This document shows positions 29,803 through 38,414 of a DNA stretch of 64,000 nt, one piece after another (the first letter of the stretch is position 1; the number at the start of each line of letters is the position of its first letter). Under the pieces are notes generated by a model, which saw nothing but the letters and a program-made list of their open reading frames with translations, ran no database searches and was not told the DNA's origin. The DNA is taken from contig CBDCTZ010000015.1 of the NCBI GenBank assembly GCA_965222375.1, positions 992,001 through 1,056,000 on the forward strand, read 5' to 3'. The DNA is from Polyangiaceae bacterium (lineage in GTDB: Bacteria; Myxococcota_A; Polyangia; Polyangiales; Polyangiaceae). The translations under genes and the position numbers were made by a program.

Positions 29803-29946
29803 ATGGACCTCACTCCCTGCGCAGAATGCAATCGACACACTCGAAGCGCCGGCGCAGCACGCAGTGCTGGCTCGGCGGGCAACGCCGGCGCGGGCGACTT
29901 CGGTGGGCGATACGCCGCACCGCCCTTCGACGCCGGGTCGGATTGA
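29803..29946 (+). CDS. Miniature or internally deleted substrate paralog A2 (47 aa, absent from the ORF track)
   Basis: MDLTPCAECNRHTRSAGAARSAGSAGNAGAGDFGGRYAAPPFDAGSD*. Confidence 0.7.
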   Translation: MDLTPCAECNRHTRSAGAARSAGSAGNAGAGDFGGRYAAPPFDAGSD

Positions 29947-29958
29947 GGAGAACTAAAG

Positions 29959-30396
29959 ATGGACGAACTGATTCCCTGTTCTGAATGCAATCGACACGGA
30001 CGCGTCGCAGAAGGCGCTTGCCCCTTCTGCGGGGCCGCTCTCAGCAACGACGGGCAGGTTCCGATGCCGGGTCGGCGCATGAGCCGAGCGGCTATCGTGG
30101 CGTTCGGTGCCAGCGTCGCCGCCGGATTTGGCGCGACAGGCTGCGGCTCCGATGACGACAGTACGGGCAGCGGTGGCTCCGGCGCGACCTCGGGAAGTGG
30201 TGGATCCGGCGGGAGCGCCACAGGTGGTCAGGGCGGTACCGCGAGCGGTGGCGCCGCGGGCACCGCGGGCACAGGAGGCGCAGTGGGTCCTCTGTATGGA
30301 ACTCCACCACCCGACGGCGGTGCCGGGCAGACCGGCACGGGCGGCGGTGCCGGCAGCGCATCTCTTTACGGCCTGCCCCCACCCGATGGTGGCTGA
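29959..30396 (+). CDS. Putative rSAM substrate A3 (PLYGTPP, SLYGLPP)
   Basis: GAGGAG RBS; same architecture as A1. Confidence 0.85.
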   Translation: MDELIPCSECNRHGRVAEGACPFCGAALSNDGQVPMPGRRMSRAAIVAFGASVAAGFGATGCGSDDDSTGSGGSGATSGSGGSGGSATGGQGGTASGGAAGTAGTGGAVGPLYGTPPPDGGAGQTGTGGGAGSASLYGLPPPDGG

Positions 30397-30442
30397 GCCG
30401 AAGAAAACCCTCGAGACGAAACCAAGCGATAGGACCTAGACA

Positions 30443-30964
30443 ATGAATGACTTGACCCCTTGTACCGAATGCAACCGTCACGGCCGGGCCAGCGACGGTG
30501 TGTGCCCGTTCTGCGGCGCCGAACTCGCATCCCTCGAACATGTCGCCGTGCCTGATCGGCGCATGAGCCGGGCGGCCCTCGTTGCCTTTGGCGCAACCCT
30601 CGTCACTGGCGTGGGCGCAGTGGGCTGTGGCTCGGACGACGACGGTGGTGGCGGCACCGGCGCAACCGCCGGCACCGGCGCAACCGCCGGCACTGGGGGC
30701 ACCGCGACGGGCGGACAGGGCGGAAGTGCGACGGGCGGACAGGGCGGAAGTGCAACCGGCGGCCAGGGCGGAAGTGCAACCGGCGGCCAAGGTGGCAGCG
30801 CAACCGGTGGCACCGCCGGACAAGCGGGCGGCGCCGGCCAGGGTGGCTTCGGCGGCATTGCACCTGCCTACGGTCTTCCCGCAGATGCGGGCCCTGGCGG
30901 CTCATCGTCTGGCGGCTTCGGCGGCATTGCACCCGCCTACGGCTTGCCCGCAGACGGTGGGTGA
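30443..30964 (+). CDS. Putative rSAM substrate A4 (2x IAPAYGLPAD)
   Basis: Same architecture; ATGGQGGS repeats. Confidence 0.85.
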   Translation: MNDLTPCTECNRHGRASDGVCPFCGAELASLEHVAVPDRRMSRAALVAFGATLVTGVGAVGCGSDDDGGGGTGATAGTGATAGTGGTATGGQGGSATGGQGGSATGGQGGSATGGQGGSATGGTAGQAGGAGQGGFGGIAPAYGLPADAGPGGSSSGGFGGIAPAYGLPADGG

Positions 30965-30988
30965 AACGACTGACCCGGGAGGCCCCCA

Positions 30989-31468
30989 GTGAATCTGATC
31001 CCTTGCGCAGAATGTGAGCGTCACGTCCGAGACGACGAAGCGAGCTGTCCGTTTTGTGGTGGACAGTTGAGTGAAGGTGCCCAAGTCCCCATCCCCGAGA
31101 AACGCATGAGTCGGGCGGCGCTTGTGGCTTTCGGTGTCACTGCGGCCGCATCGATCGCGGCCACGGGTTGCGGCGGCAAGGGAACCGGGGGCTCCGGCGG
31201 CGCGGGGGGCTCCGGCAACATTGCCGGCTTCGCGCCTGCGTATGGTGTTCCCGGTGGCTTTGGCGGACAAGGCGCTGGCGGCACCGGAACCGGAGGCAAC
31301 GGCGGCGATGACGCGGGTGCCGATGGAAGCGCGGGCAGCGCTGGAGCCGCCGGAAGCGCGGGCAGTGGCGGCAGCGCGGGCAGCGGCGGCGCCGGGGGTG
31401 ACGCGGGCGGTGGTGGTACCGCAGGTGTTGCTCCGCCGTATGGCATTCCGCCAGACTCGGGAACATAA
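30989..31468 (+). CDS. Putative rSAM substrate A5 (PAYGVPG, PPYGIPP)
   Basis: GGAGG RBS; GTG start; same architecture. Confidence 0.85.
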   Translation: MNLIPCAECERHVRDDEASCPFCGGQLSEGAQVPIPEKRMSRAALVAFGVTAAASIAATGCGGKGTGGSGGAGGSGNIAGFAPAYGVPGGFGGQGAGGTGTGGNGGDDAGADGSAGSAGAAGSAGSGGSAGSGGAGGDAGGGGTAGVAPPYGIPPDSGT

Positions 31469-31706
31469 AACAGTGGTCCCATTGAGCCTGCTCTCGCCTT
31501 GCACGAGCTGCGACGGATGTGGCGGTGGTGCTCTGATCCCGCCTAGGCGCTCCACGGGCCACGGCTTTGGCGTGCTGGCTCCGGGTGCCGGTTCGAGCCT
31601 TTGCGGCCTTGGCGACCAAGCTTCGGGCGCAGACTCATCGAACGGGGCGGTGGCGGACTCGACCGAATCAGCCAGGCAAGCCCCAAGCCGCAGCCCTGGG
31701 AGCTAG

Positions 31707-33390
31707 AGACCCGATCAAATTCTAGCGGCGGCGTCGAAATACAAAGCAAGTTCGATCGCTTAGAAGCCAGGATCGACGCGCCGGGCGTGTAGTGATCAAA
31801 CGGGGTCAGGAGGACCCCATGGAGATCTGGAAGGCGCCGGTCGAGCTGTCGCGTGGTGAGAAGTTCATCGCAAAGCGATGTGCGAAACGCAGAGTATTCG
31901 TATTCCTGCGCGAGCTGCGACATAGGATTTTTGACGAAGAGATGCAGGCGAAGCTGACGGAGGCATATTCGCCCGTGGAGCGGGGGCGTGGTCGCGTCCC
32001 GCCTGCTCAACTCGGCCTTGCGATGTTGCTGCAGGCCGCGCTGCGTGTGCCCGACCACGAGGTGGTTGAGCTTACGTTGATGGATCGCCGCTGGCAAATG
32101 GTGCTCAACTGTGCGGGAATCGAAGTGCCGCTCTTCTCGCAAGGCACGTTTTACAACTTTCGCCAGCGCGTCATTGCGCATGGGCTCGACGAGCTGCTCT
32201 TCAACAAGACGGTCGAACTCGCACGCGAGACGGGCGGATTCAGTGCAACGCACCTGCGTGCTGCATTCGACGCCAGCCCACTATGGGGCGCGGGTCGCGT
32301 CGAGGACACCTTCAATCTCATCGGGCGCGCCTCGCTACACGTCGTTCGCACGGCAGCGCGGCGGCTCGGTCAACCCGTCGACAAGGTCGCGGCTGCTGCG
32401 GGGATCCCAGTACTCAACGCCACCAGCATCAAGACAGGGCTCGACATCGACTGGGACGACCCTGGGGCGCGCACCAAGGCGCTCGGTCGACTGCTCAAGC
32501 AGGTACAGTCACTCGGCCGCTTTCTCGAAAAAGAGCTGACGAAACCGCTGAAAGAAGCGCCGCTGGCCGGGCAGTGGGCACTGGTGGAAAAGCTCGTCTC
32601 GCAGGACACCGAGCCCGATCCAGACGGGGACGGAGGGAGCCGGATCACACGCGGCGTGGCGAAGGACCGACGCATTAGCGTGAGTGACCCCGACATGCGT
32701 CATGGCCGCAAGAGCAAGAAGAAACGCATCGACGGCTACAAGCGACACATCGCGATACAGCTCGATACGCCCGGCATCATCTGCGCCGTCGCGATCACCC
32801 CCGCGAATCGTCCTGAACGTGTCGCTTCGGCAGAATTACTCGAACAGTGCGGCTCCGTTTCAGAACTCTACATCGATCGAGGCTACCTTGGCGACGATGC
32901 GATCGAATCCCGTCGCGCCGAAGGAACAGAGGTTTTCTGCAAACCGTTTCCGTTGCGCAACGGCGGGCGCTTCACCAAGGCCGATTTCAAGCTCGATCTG
33001 GCTGCGGGAATCGCCCGTTGTCCCGAAGGCGTTGCGGTTAAAGCGAGCGCTGGCTCCGTCGCTCGCTTCCCAGCTGCCCGCTGCGATGTATGTCGCAGCC
33101 GCGACGACTGCACGCGCGCCGCCCCGGGGCGTGGCCGCAGCGTCACGCTACACCCCCATGAGCCCTTCCACATCCAGCTGCGCGAAAACGCCCGCACGCG
33201 CGAAGGCCGCGCCCGCCTTCGCAAGCGTACTGCCGTCGAACACAGCCTCGCGACCCTGCATAACCGCCAAGGCGACCGTGCTCGCTACCGTGGTCAGCGC
33301 AACAACCTCTTCGACCTCCGCCGGCACGCTGCTCTCAGCAACCTGAGCGTTATCGATCAGTTGCGAGTTGCCGCTTAAGTGGTCAGGCCC
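31707..33390 (+). mobile_element. IS1182-like insertion sequence with probable CTAG target duplication
   Basis: CTAG at 31703-31706 and 33391-33394; imperfect terminal IRs AGACCCGATCA vs GGGCCTGACCA (7/11, all mismatches are transitions); left boundary tentative. Confidence 0.6.
31819..33378 (+). CDS. IS1182-family DDE transposase
   Basis: AGGAGG RBS; 'GRGRVPPAQLGLAMLLQ', 'FDASP', 'SVSDPDMRHGRKS..GYKRH', 'YIDRGY', 'RTAVEH'. Confidence 0.9.
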   Translation: MEIWKAPVELSRGEKFIAKRCAKRRVFVFLRELRHRIFDEEMQAKLTEAYSPVERGRGRVPPAQLGLAMLLQAALRVPDHEVVELTLMDRRWQMVLNCAGIEVPLFSQGTFYNFRQRVIAHGLDELLFNKTVELARETGGFSATHLRAAFDASPLWGAGRVEDTFNLIGRASLHVVRTAARRLGQPVDKVAAAAGIPVLNATSIKTGLDIDWDDPGARTKALGRLLKQVQSLGRFLEKELTKPLKEAPLAGQWALVEKLVSQDTEPDPDGDGGSRITRGVAKDRRISVSDPDMRHGRKSKKKRIDGYKRHIAIQLDTPGIICAVAITPANRPERVASAELLEQCGSVSELYIDRGYLGDDAIESRRAEGTEVFCKPFPLRNGGRFTKADFKLDLAAGIARCPEGVAVKASAGSVARFPAARCDVCRSRDDCTRAAPGRGRSVTLHPHEPFHIQLRENARTREGRARLRKRTAVEHSLATLHNRQGDRARYRGQRNNLFDLRRHAALSNLSVIDQLRVAA

Positions 33391-34755
33391 CTAGTAGTGG
33401 ATGACGAACCTGGCATGCTCGAGGTGTGTGCCGACACGCTGGAAGCGCTGCCCAACGTGGAGATCGTCACGGAAACAAGTGGCGCAAAGGCTCAGGCGCT
33501 GCTGCAGAGCGATCACTTCGACCTCTTCGTGACGGACATCAGGATTCCCGACGTCGATGGCATCCAGTTGCTTCGGGAGTTGAAGCAGTTCTCCCCTTCA
33601 ACGCCGGCGATCGTGCTCACGGCCTACCCGATGGTGGACACGGCGGTTGCGAGCATGAAGCTCGGCGCAGCCGACTACCTGACCAAGCCGTTCCGAACGA
33701 ACGATCTACTCGTGCTGGCCAAACACCTGCTGGAAGCCAGCCGATTAGGGGAGGAAAACCGTCTGTTGCGCAGGCAGATGGAGCGCGTGCATACCTTCGA
33801 CGACTTTGTCGGCTCGAGCCTGGCGATGCAAAAGGTGTACGAGACCATCGACCGAGTAGCGAAGACCGACGCCGATATCCTCGTTCTTGGTGAAACCGGT
33901 ACCGGCAAGGATCTCGTGGCCAGAAGCGTACACCAACGCAGCACGCGCTCGAACGCGCGCTTTGTGCCCCTCGACTGCGGCGCCATCCCGGACAATTTGT
34001 TCGAGTCAGAACTCTTCGGACACGAGCGAGGTGCCTTCACCGGGGCGGACAGCCGCAACCTCGGCTTGCTCGAGTACGCAAGCGGCGGCACCTTTTTTCT
34101 GGACGAAATCGCCGAGTTGCCCCTGCTCGTCCAGGCCAAGCTGCTGCGGGTACTTCAAGATCGAAAGGTCAGACGCCTTGGAGGCAAACAGCAGGTCGAA
34201 GTCGACGTGCGCATCGTCGCAGCCACGAGCGCCAACTTGGCGCAAATGGTGGACGAGAAGAAGTTTCGCGACGACCTCTACTATCGGGTGAACGTCGCGT
34301 GCATCGAGCTGCCACCACTGCGAGAACGAGCGACGGACATTCCAGAACTCGCCCGTCATTTCTTGAATCGGTATGCACCCAAAGAACTCCGCGACGAAGT
34401 CTCCATCGACTCGGATGCAATGGAGGTGCTCAGCCGATACCGCTGGCCGGGGAACGTGCGACAGCTCCAGAACATCATCCGACGGACCCTCGCGTCCATG
34501 AACGGTACCTCGGTGACAACCGATGACTTGCCGGATGAACTCGTCATCCGTGCGGATGGCAGCTCCGTACCCAATGAGGGTTTCTTCGCTCTGCGTGCGC
34601 AGAAAATGGATGCCTTCGAGCGCGACTATCTCGAGAACCTCTTGCAGCACTCGGGGGGAGATGTGACCCGGGCGGCCAAAGACGCCCAGCTGCCCCGCGG
34701 CACGTTCTATCGTTTGCTCAAGAAACACGGCGTCTCGCCCGCGTCCTATCGTTGA
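33379..34755 (+). CDS. Sigma54-dependent response regulator (NtrC family: REC, AAA+, HTH)
   Basis: LVVDDE, TDIRIP, GETGTGKD, ESELFGHERGAFTGA, FLDEI, WPGNVRQL; the native N-terminus appears replaced by the IS end. Confidence 0.93.
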   Translation: MVRPLVVDDEPGMLEVCADTLEALPNVEIVTETSGAKAQALLQSDHFDLFVTDIRIPDVDGIQLLRELKQFSPSTPAIVLTAYPMVDTAVASMKLGAADYLTKPFRTNDLLVLAKHLLEASRLGEENRLLRRQMERVHTFDDFVGSSLAMQKVYETIDRVAKTDADILVLGETGTGKDLVARSVHQRSTRSNARFVPLDCGAIPDNLFESELFGHERGAFTGADSRNLGLLEYASGGTFFLDEIAELPLLVQAKLLRVLQDRKVRRLGGKQQVEVDVRIVAATSANLAQMVDEKKFRDDLYYRVNVACIELPPLRERATDIPELARHFLNRYAPKELRDEVSIDSDAMEVLSRYRWPGNVRQLQNIIRRTLASMNGTSVTTDDLPDELVIRADGSSVPNEGFFALRAQKMDAFERDYLENLLQHSGGDVTRAAKDAQLPRGTFYRLLKKHGVSPASYR

Positions 34756-34825
34756 GACACTCGGCGTCCCACGCGCGAGACAGTTATCACGCACGGGACA
34801 CCGTGGAGAGCCCAACAAGGTGAGT

Positions 34826-34842
34826 TGCGCAAGAGTTGCGCA
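34826..34842. promoter_or_regulatory. Palindromic candidate enhancer (bEBP binding site)
   Basis: TGCGCAA-GAG-TTGCGCA perfect IR about 80-90 bp upstream of a sigma54 promoter. Confidence 0.55.
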
Positions 34843-34916
34843 CAGTTCCGCGGCCTTTTTGAGCCCCGCCGCAGACCTTTCGGACAGCGCGCGCACCGCA
34901 CAGTCGCTGAGAATGT

Positions 34917-34932
34917 CGGCATCGCGCTTGCT
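34917..34932 (+). promoter_or_regulatory. Sigma54 promoter of the copper/cytochrome operon
   Basis: CGGCAT-CGCGC-TTGCT (GG-N10-GC), ending 27 bp before ATG 34960. Confidence 0.7.
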
Positions 34933-34959
34933 TAGGTCGAGGGTTCGAAAGGACACGCG

Positions 34960-36270
34960 ATGCCTAAACGTGATTCAACTTCACTTCGTCAGCGATTCGC
35001 GCTGACCCTCGTCCTCGGGACCGCCGCTTTCTTGGCGTTCCTGACCAGCAGCGTGCCGAACGCATGGGGCGTTCCGGCGTTTGCCCGCAAGTACAAGACG
35101 AGTTGCCAGACGTGTCACACGGTGTTTCCACGACTGACCGCGATCGGTGACGCTTTTCGAATGAACGGGCATCGCTTTCCCGAGTGCGACGCCCAGCAAG
35201 TGAAGGATGAGCCCGTCAGCTTGGGGGCGGACGCCTACAAGGAGCTCTGGCCGAGCGAAGCCGTTTGGCCCGGCGAGCTGGCCGGCACAGCCCCAATTGC
35301 AGTAGTCGCGAAGATGCGCGCGACCGCCTTCGAGAAGGATGCGGAACAAACCAGCCACTTTGCCGGGCTCAACCCTTGGGCAGATGTCTACGTAGCGAGC
35401 ACGCTCGGTGAAAACGTGTCCGTCATGGGCAAGTTCCAACTCAATGGGCCGTCTTGTCAGAACTGCCACAACTGGGCAGCCGTCACGTTTCAGGTCCTGA
35501 AGAACACAACAATCAAAGTCGGTCGCTTCCAACCGGACTTCTTCAACTTTCATCAGCAGCCGTTCTTCGAGATGCACGAGTTGTTCGGACCGCAGCGGCG
35601 CGTCGGGGCAAACGCCTGGAACTATGGCAAGGATGTGGGGATCGAAGCTGCCGGCATTGTGGCGGGTCGAATGCGAGTGGTCACTGGTGTGATGGAAGGC
35701 CAGGACGACTTCAATCAGCCCTATCGGTCGAAGAATGGCTATCTGCGCATCGCGTACAAACTCGGCGGCTCGCGGATGGATGGTGCGACCCAGGAAGGCT
35801 ACGAGGCACCAACGAAGAACTGGCAGGACCGCTCGCTGAAGTTCGGTGTCCTCGGCTACTTGGGCTCGTCACGGCTGCAATCCAACAACGCAATTGGCAG
35901 CCAGGTAACGATTGACGATGGGTTCTGGGTCCTTGGCGGAGACTTCAACCTCATGTTCGATGATTGGACCCTGTACGGGGGGGCGTTTGCCGAGAGGCAC
36001 GGCCGCCCGACGGGTACTGACGAGAATATCTGGGTCGAGCGCTGGTTTGGTGGCTTGAGATACGTCGCCATGCCCTCATTCGTGCCCAGTCTCATGTTCG
36101 ATTACTTCAACTCGGAACTTCCCGGCGACTACACGTATCAAATCCGACCGCGCCTCGAAGTTCTGGTCCGCGCCAACGTCAAGGCACGAGTCGACGCTGC
36201 GTGGACACGCCCGGTCGGAGACTCTCTGGCATTCCGTAACCTACAGGTACTTCTCGATGTTGGTCTCTAA
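34960..36270 (+). CDS. Outer-membrane porin-like c-type cytochrome
   Basis: 'VPAFARKYKTSCQTCHTVFPRL...AFRMNG' signature; second CQNCH; beta-barrel-like remainder. Confidence 0.8.
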   Translation: MPKRDSTSLRQRFALTLVLGTAAFLAFLTSSVPNAWGVPAFARKYKTSCQTCHTVFPRLTAIGDAFRMNGHRFPECDAQQVKDEPVSLGADAYKELWPSEAVWPGELAGTAPIAVVAKMRATAFEKDAEQTSHFAGLNPWADVYVASTLGENVSVMGKFQLNGPSCQNCHNWAAVTFQVLKNTTIKVGRFQPDFFNFHQQPFFEMHELFGPQRRVGANAWNYGKDVGIEAAGIVAGRMRVVTGVMEGQDDFNQPYRSKNGYLRIAYKLGGSRMDGATQEGYEAPTKNWQDRSLKFGVLGYLGSSRLQSNNAIGSQVTIDDGFWVLGGDFNLMFDDWTLYGGAFAERHGRPTGTDENIWVERWFGGLRYVAMPSFVPSLMFDYFNSELPGDYTYQIRPRLEVLVRANVKARVDAAWTRPVGDSLAFRNLQVLLDVGL

Positions 36271-37552
36271 GTCAATCCACGCTTGGTGCTCAACAGCGCT
36301 CACCGCGCTCGCGATAGGCGCCGTCTCCAGCTGCCTACCGGCAGAGCCCGAGGGCGAGCTTGGCGCGCCGACTCTCGCAAGCGTGCAATCCCTAATCTTC
36401 ACGCCGAAGTGCTCCTTTGCCGACTGTCACGGCGGCCCAACACCTCGACAGGGCATGAGCCTCGAACCCGGCAAGTCGTTTCCATCCACTGTGAACGTAG
36501 CGGCAGTGGAAGCGCCCTTGCTTCGAATCAATCCAGGCAACCCCGACAAGAGCTACCTGGTGGCGAAGATCGAAGGGCGCCATCGTGAGGTTGGTGGCTC
36601 CGGGGAGCGAATGCCCTTGGGTTTCGCGGCGCTCTCGTCTGCGGAGATCAAACTCGTCAGGGACTGGGTGACCAACATGGGCAAAGCCCTGGCCGCACCA
36701 CCGAAGATCACAACGGTGACTCCACCCGCGGCGGCCGTTGGCGACTCGATTGTGATCGAGGGCGAAGGGTTCGGAGACGAACGCGGAGACGGCACTGTGA
36801 CCTTCGGAGAAACCGAAGCAACTTTCGTGGGCAACTGGTCCGCGGTCAAAATCGAAGCCATCGTTCCCCAAGGTTTGGCACCTGGCTCGGTCGACCTGGT
36901 AGTCACTGTCGACGAAAAGGCAAGTGACGCGTTTGCTTTCAACGTCATCACCGAGAAGCTCCCGAGTGTCATCTCGGTCACGCCCGATGTCGGCCCGGTG
37001 GGTGCAACCATCGAAATCAAAGGTTCGAACTTCGGCAGCACCCAGGGCAGCAGCACGGTAACTTTCGGCGGCACGGAGGCGACCACGATCGGTTCCTGGT
37101 CAGACACCTCGATTTCTGCCGATGTGCCAAGCGGAGCAACCTCTGGCGACCTCGTTGTCACGGTGGGCGGAAGCGCCAGCAATGCCACCCAGTTCTTCTT
37201 CCTCGAGCCCACACTCTCGAGCCTGCAGGCTGGCATCTTTACGCGACGTTGTGCACTCAGCGCCTGCCACGGTTCAGCAACTCCCCCGCCCCAGGCCTGC
37301 GCACCTCAACCTGGTCTGTCCTTCGTAGACGGACAGACTCACGCAAGCTTGGTCGGCGTAGACAGCTGCGGCGTGCCCGGCACGATGCGCGTCAACGCGG
37401 GAAGCCGAGCGCAGAGCTTCCTGATCGACAAGATCAGCAACGCCACTCCCGCCGCAGGAGATCAAATGCCTGCTGACGGCTCTCCGCCCCTATCGGCGGA
37501 GGTGATTGAGGTGATCGGTCTCTGGATCGATCAAGGTGCCAAGAACGATTGA
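36257..37552 (+). CDS. Lipoprotein with two IPT/TIG domains flanked by two cytochrome-c-like domains (CX4CH)
   Basis: CSFADCH...RMP...WV and CALSACH...QMP...WIDQGA; 'P.ITTVTP...GD.I.I.G.GFG' IPT repeats. Confidence 0.75.
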   Translation: MLVSKSIHAWCSTALTALAIGAVSSCLPAEPEGELGAPTLASVQSLIFTPKCSFADCHGGPTPRQGMSLEPGKSFPSTVNVAAVEAPLLRINPGNPDKSYLVAKIEGRHREVGGSGERMPLGFAALSSAEIKLVRDWVTNMGKALAAPPKITTVTPPAAAVGDSIVIEGEGFGDERGDGTVTFGETEATFVGNWSAVKIEAIVPQGLAPGSVDLVVTVDEKASDAFAFNVITEKLPSVISVTPDVGPVGATIEIKGSNFGSTQGSSTVTFGGTEATTIGSWSDTSISADVPSGATSGDLVVTVGGSASNATQFFFLEPTLSSLQAGIFTRRCALSACHGSATPPPQACAPQPGLSFVDGQTHASLVGVDSCGVPGTMRVNAGSRAQSFLIDKISNATPAAGDQMPADGSPPLSAEVIEVIGLWIDQGAKND

Positions 37553-37561
37553 GAGGAGACA

Positions 37562-38401
37562 GTGGTGAAATCGCTCAAGCCCATCGGGTTCAGGAACCTC
37601 GGAATCATCGCGGCGCTACTCGGCTACGCCGCATGTGGCCCGAACGCGTCTGGCAGCTGCCCGACACCAACCACGGGCGCGGCGGAAATGGCGCAAGCGG
37701 AAAGTGCGCCCGAGGAGGCTGAACTCGAGGAAGAAGCCTCCGCGCCTGGCCCAGGTAAGGACATCGAGGTCGCCAAGAGCGATAGCCCTACCGCCGCCAA
37801 GGAGCCGGGCAAGGAGGGCGAAAAACCCGGGACGGACGCCAAGGCGTCGGCGGCGGGGGCTGCGGCGCCTGCAGCGACGGGCGAGAAGTACAACATCGTT
37901 GGGACGGTGCTCAACGGCACCAAGCCCGTCAAATACGCCGTGGTGTACCTGGAAGGGGCTCCAATCGAGAAGAAGCGCGGCATGAAGGCTTTTGTCGATC
38001 AGCGTCGAATGCTGTTCATGCCCTACATCACCGCAGTCGCTGAAGGCGGCGCTGTTACCTTCATGAACAGCGATCCATTTCCGCACAATGTCTTTTCACC
38101 CAGCGGTGAGAAGTTCAACCTCGGCACCATCCCTAAAGGCGGCGGCGGTCGCTATCGGTTCAAGAAGCGAGGTGCGTACACGCTGCTCTGTAACGTTCAT
38201 CCGGGAATGCTCGGTTACGTCTACGTAACCCCCTCCAGCTACTTCGCAACGGCGAACGCCAAAGGACGATTCAAGATCAAGAAAGTCCCCGAGGGTAAGT
38301 ACAAGATTGCGGCTTGGGCCCCAAAGATGGGCGGCCCGTCCAAGGCGGTAACTGTCAAGGGTGGCGAAGCCAGCGTCGACGTCGAGTTGTCGAAGCAGTA
38401 G
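37562..38401 (+). CDS. Lipoprotein with cupredoxin and carboxypeptidase-regulatory-like domain
   Basis: NSDPFPHNVFS...CNVHPGM; G.F.IKKVP.GKY.I.AW. Confidence 0.8.
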   Translation: MVKSLKPIGFRNLGIIAALLGYAACGPNASGSCPTPTTGAAEMAQAESAPEEAELEEEASAPGPGKDIEVAKSDSPTAAKEPGKEGEKPGTDAKASAAGAAAPAATGEKYNIVGTVLNGTKPVKYAVVYLEGAPIEKKRGMKAFVDQRRMLFMPYITAVAEGGAVTFMNSDPFPHNVFSPSGEKFNLGTIPKGGGGRYRFKKRGAYTLLCNVHPGMLGYVYVTPSSYFATANAKGRFKIKKVPEGKYKIAAWAPKMGGPSKAVTVKGGEASVDVELSKQ

Positions 38402-38414
38402 AGGAAGGTGTGTT

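Noticed and set aside
28734..30221. 495-aa minus-strand ORF with RSRHCCCL repeats
   Set aside because: Shadow of the rSAM and substrate genes; the Cys repeats come from the 24-bp coding repeat
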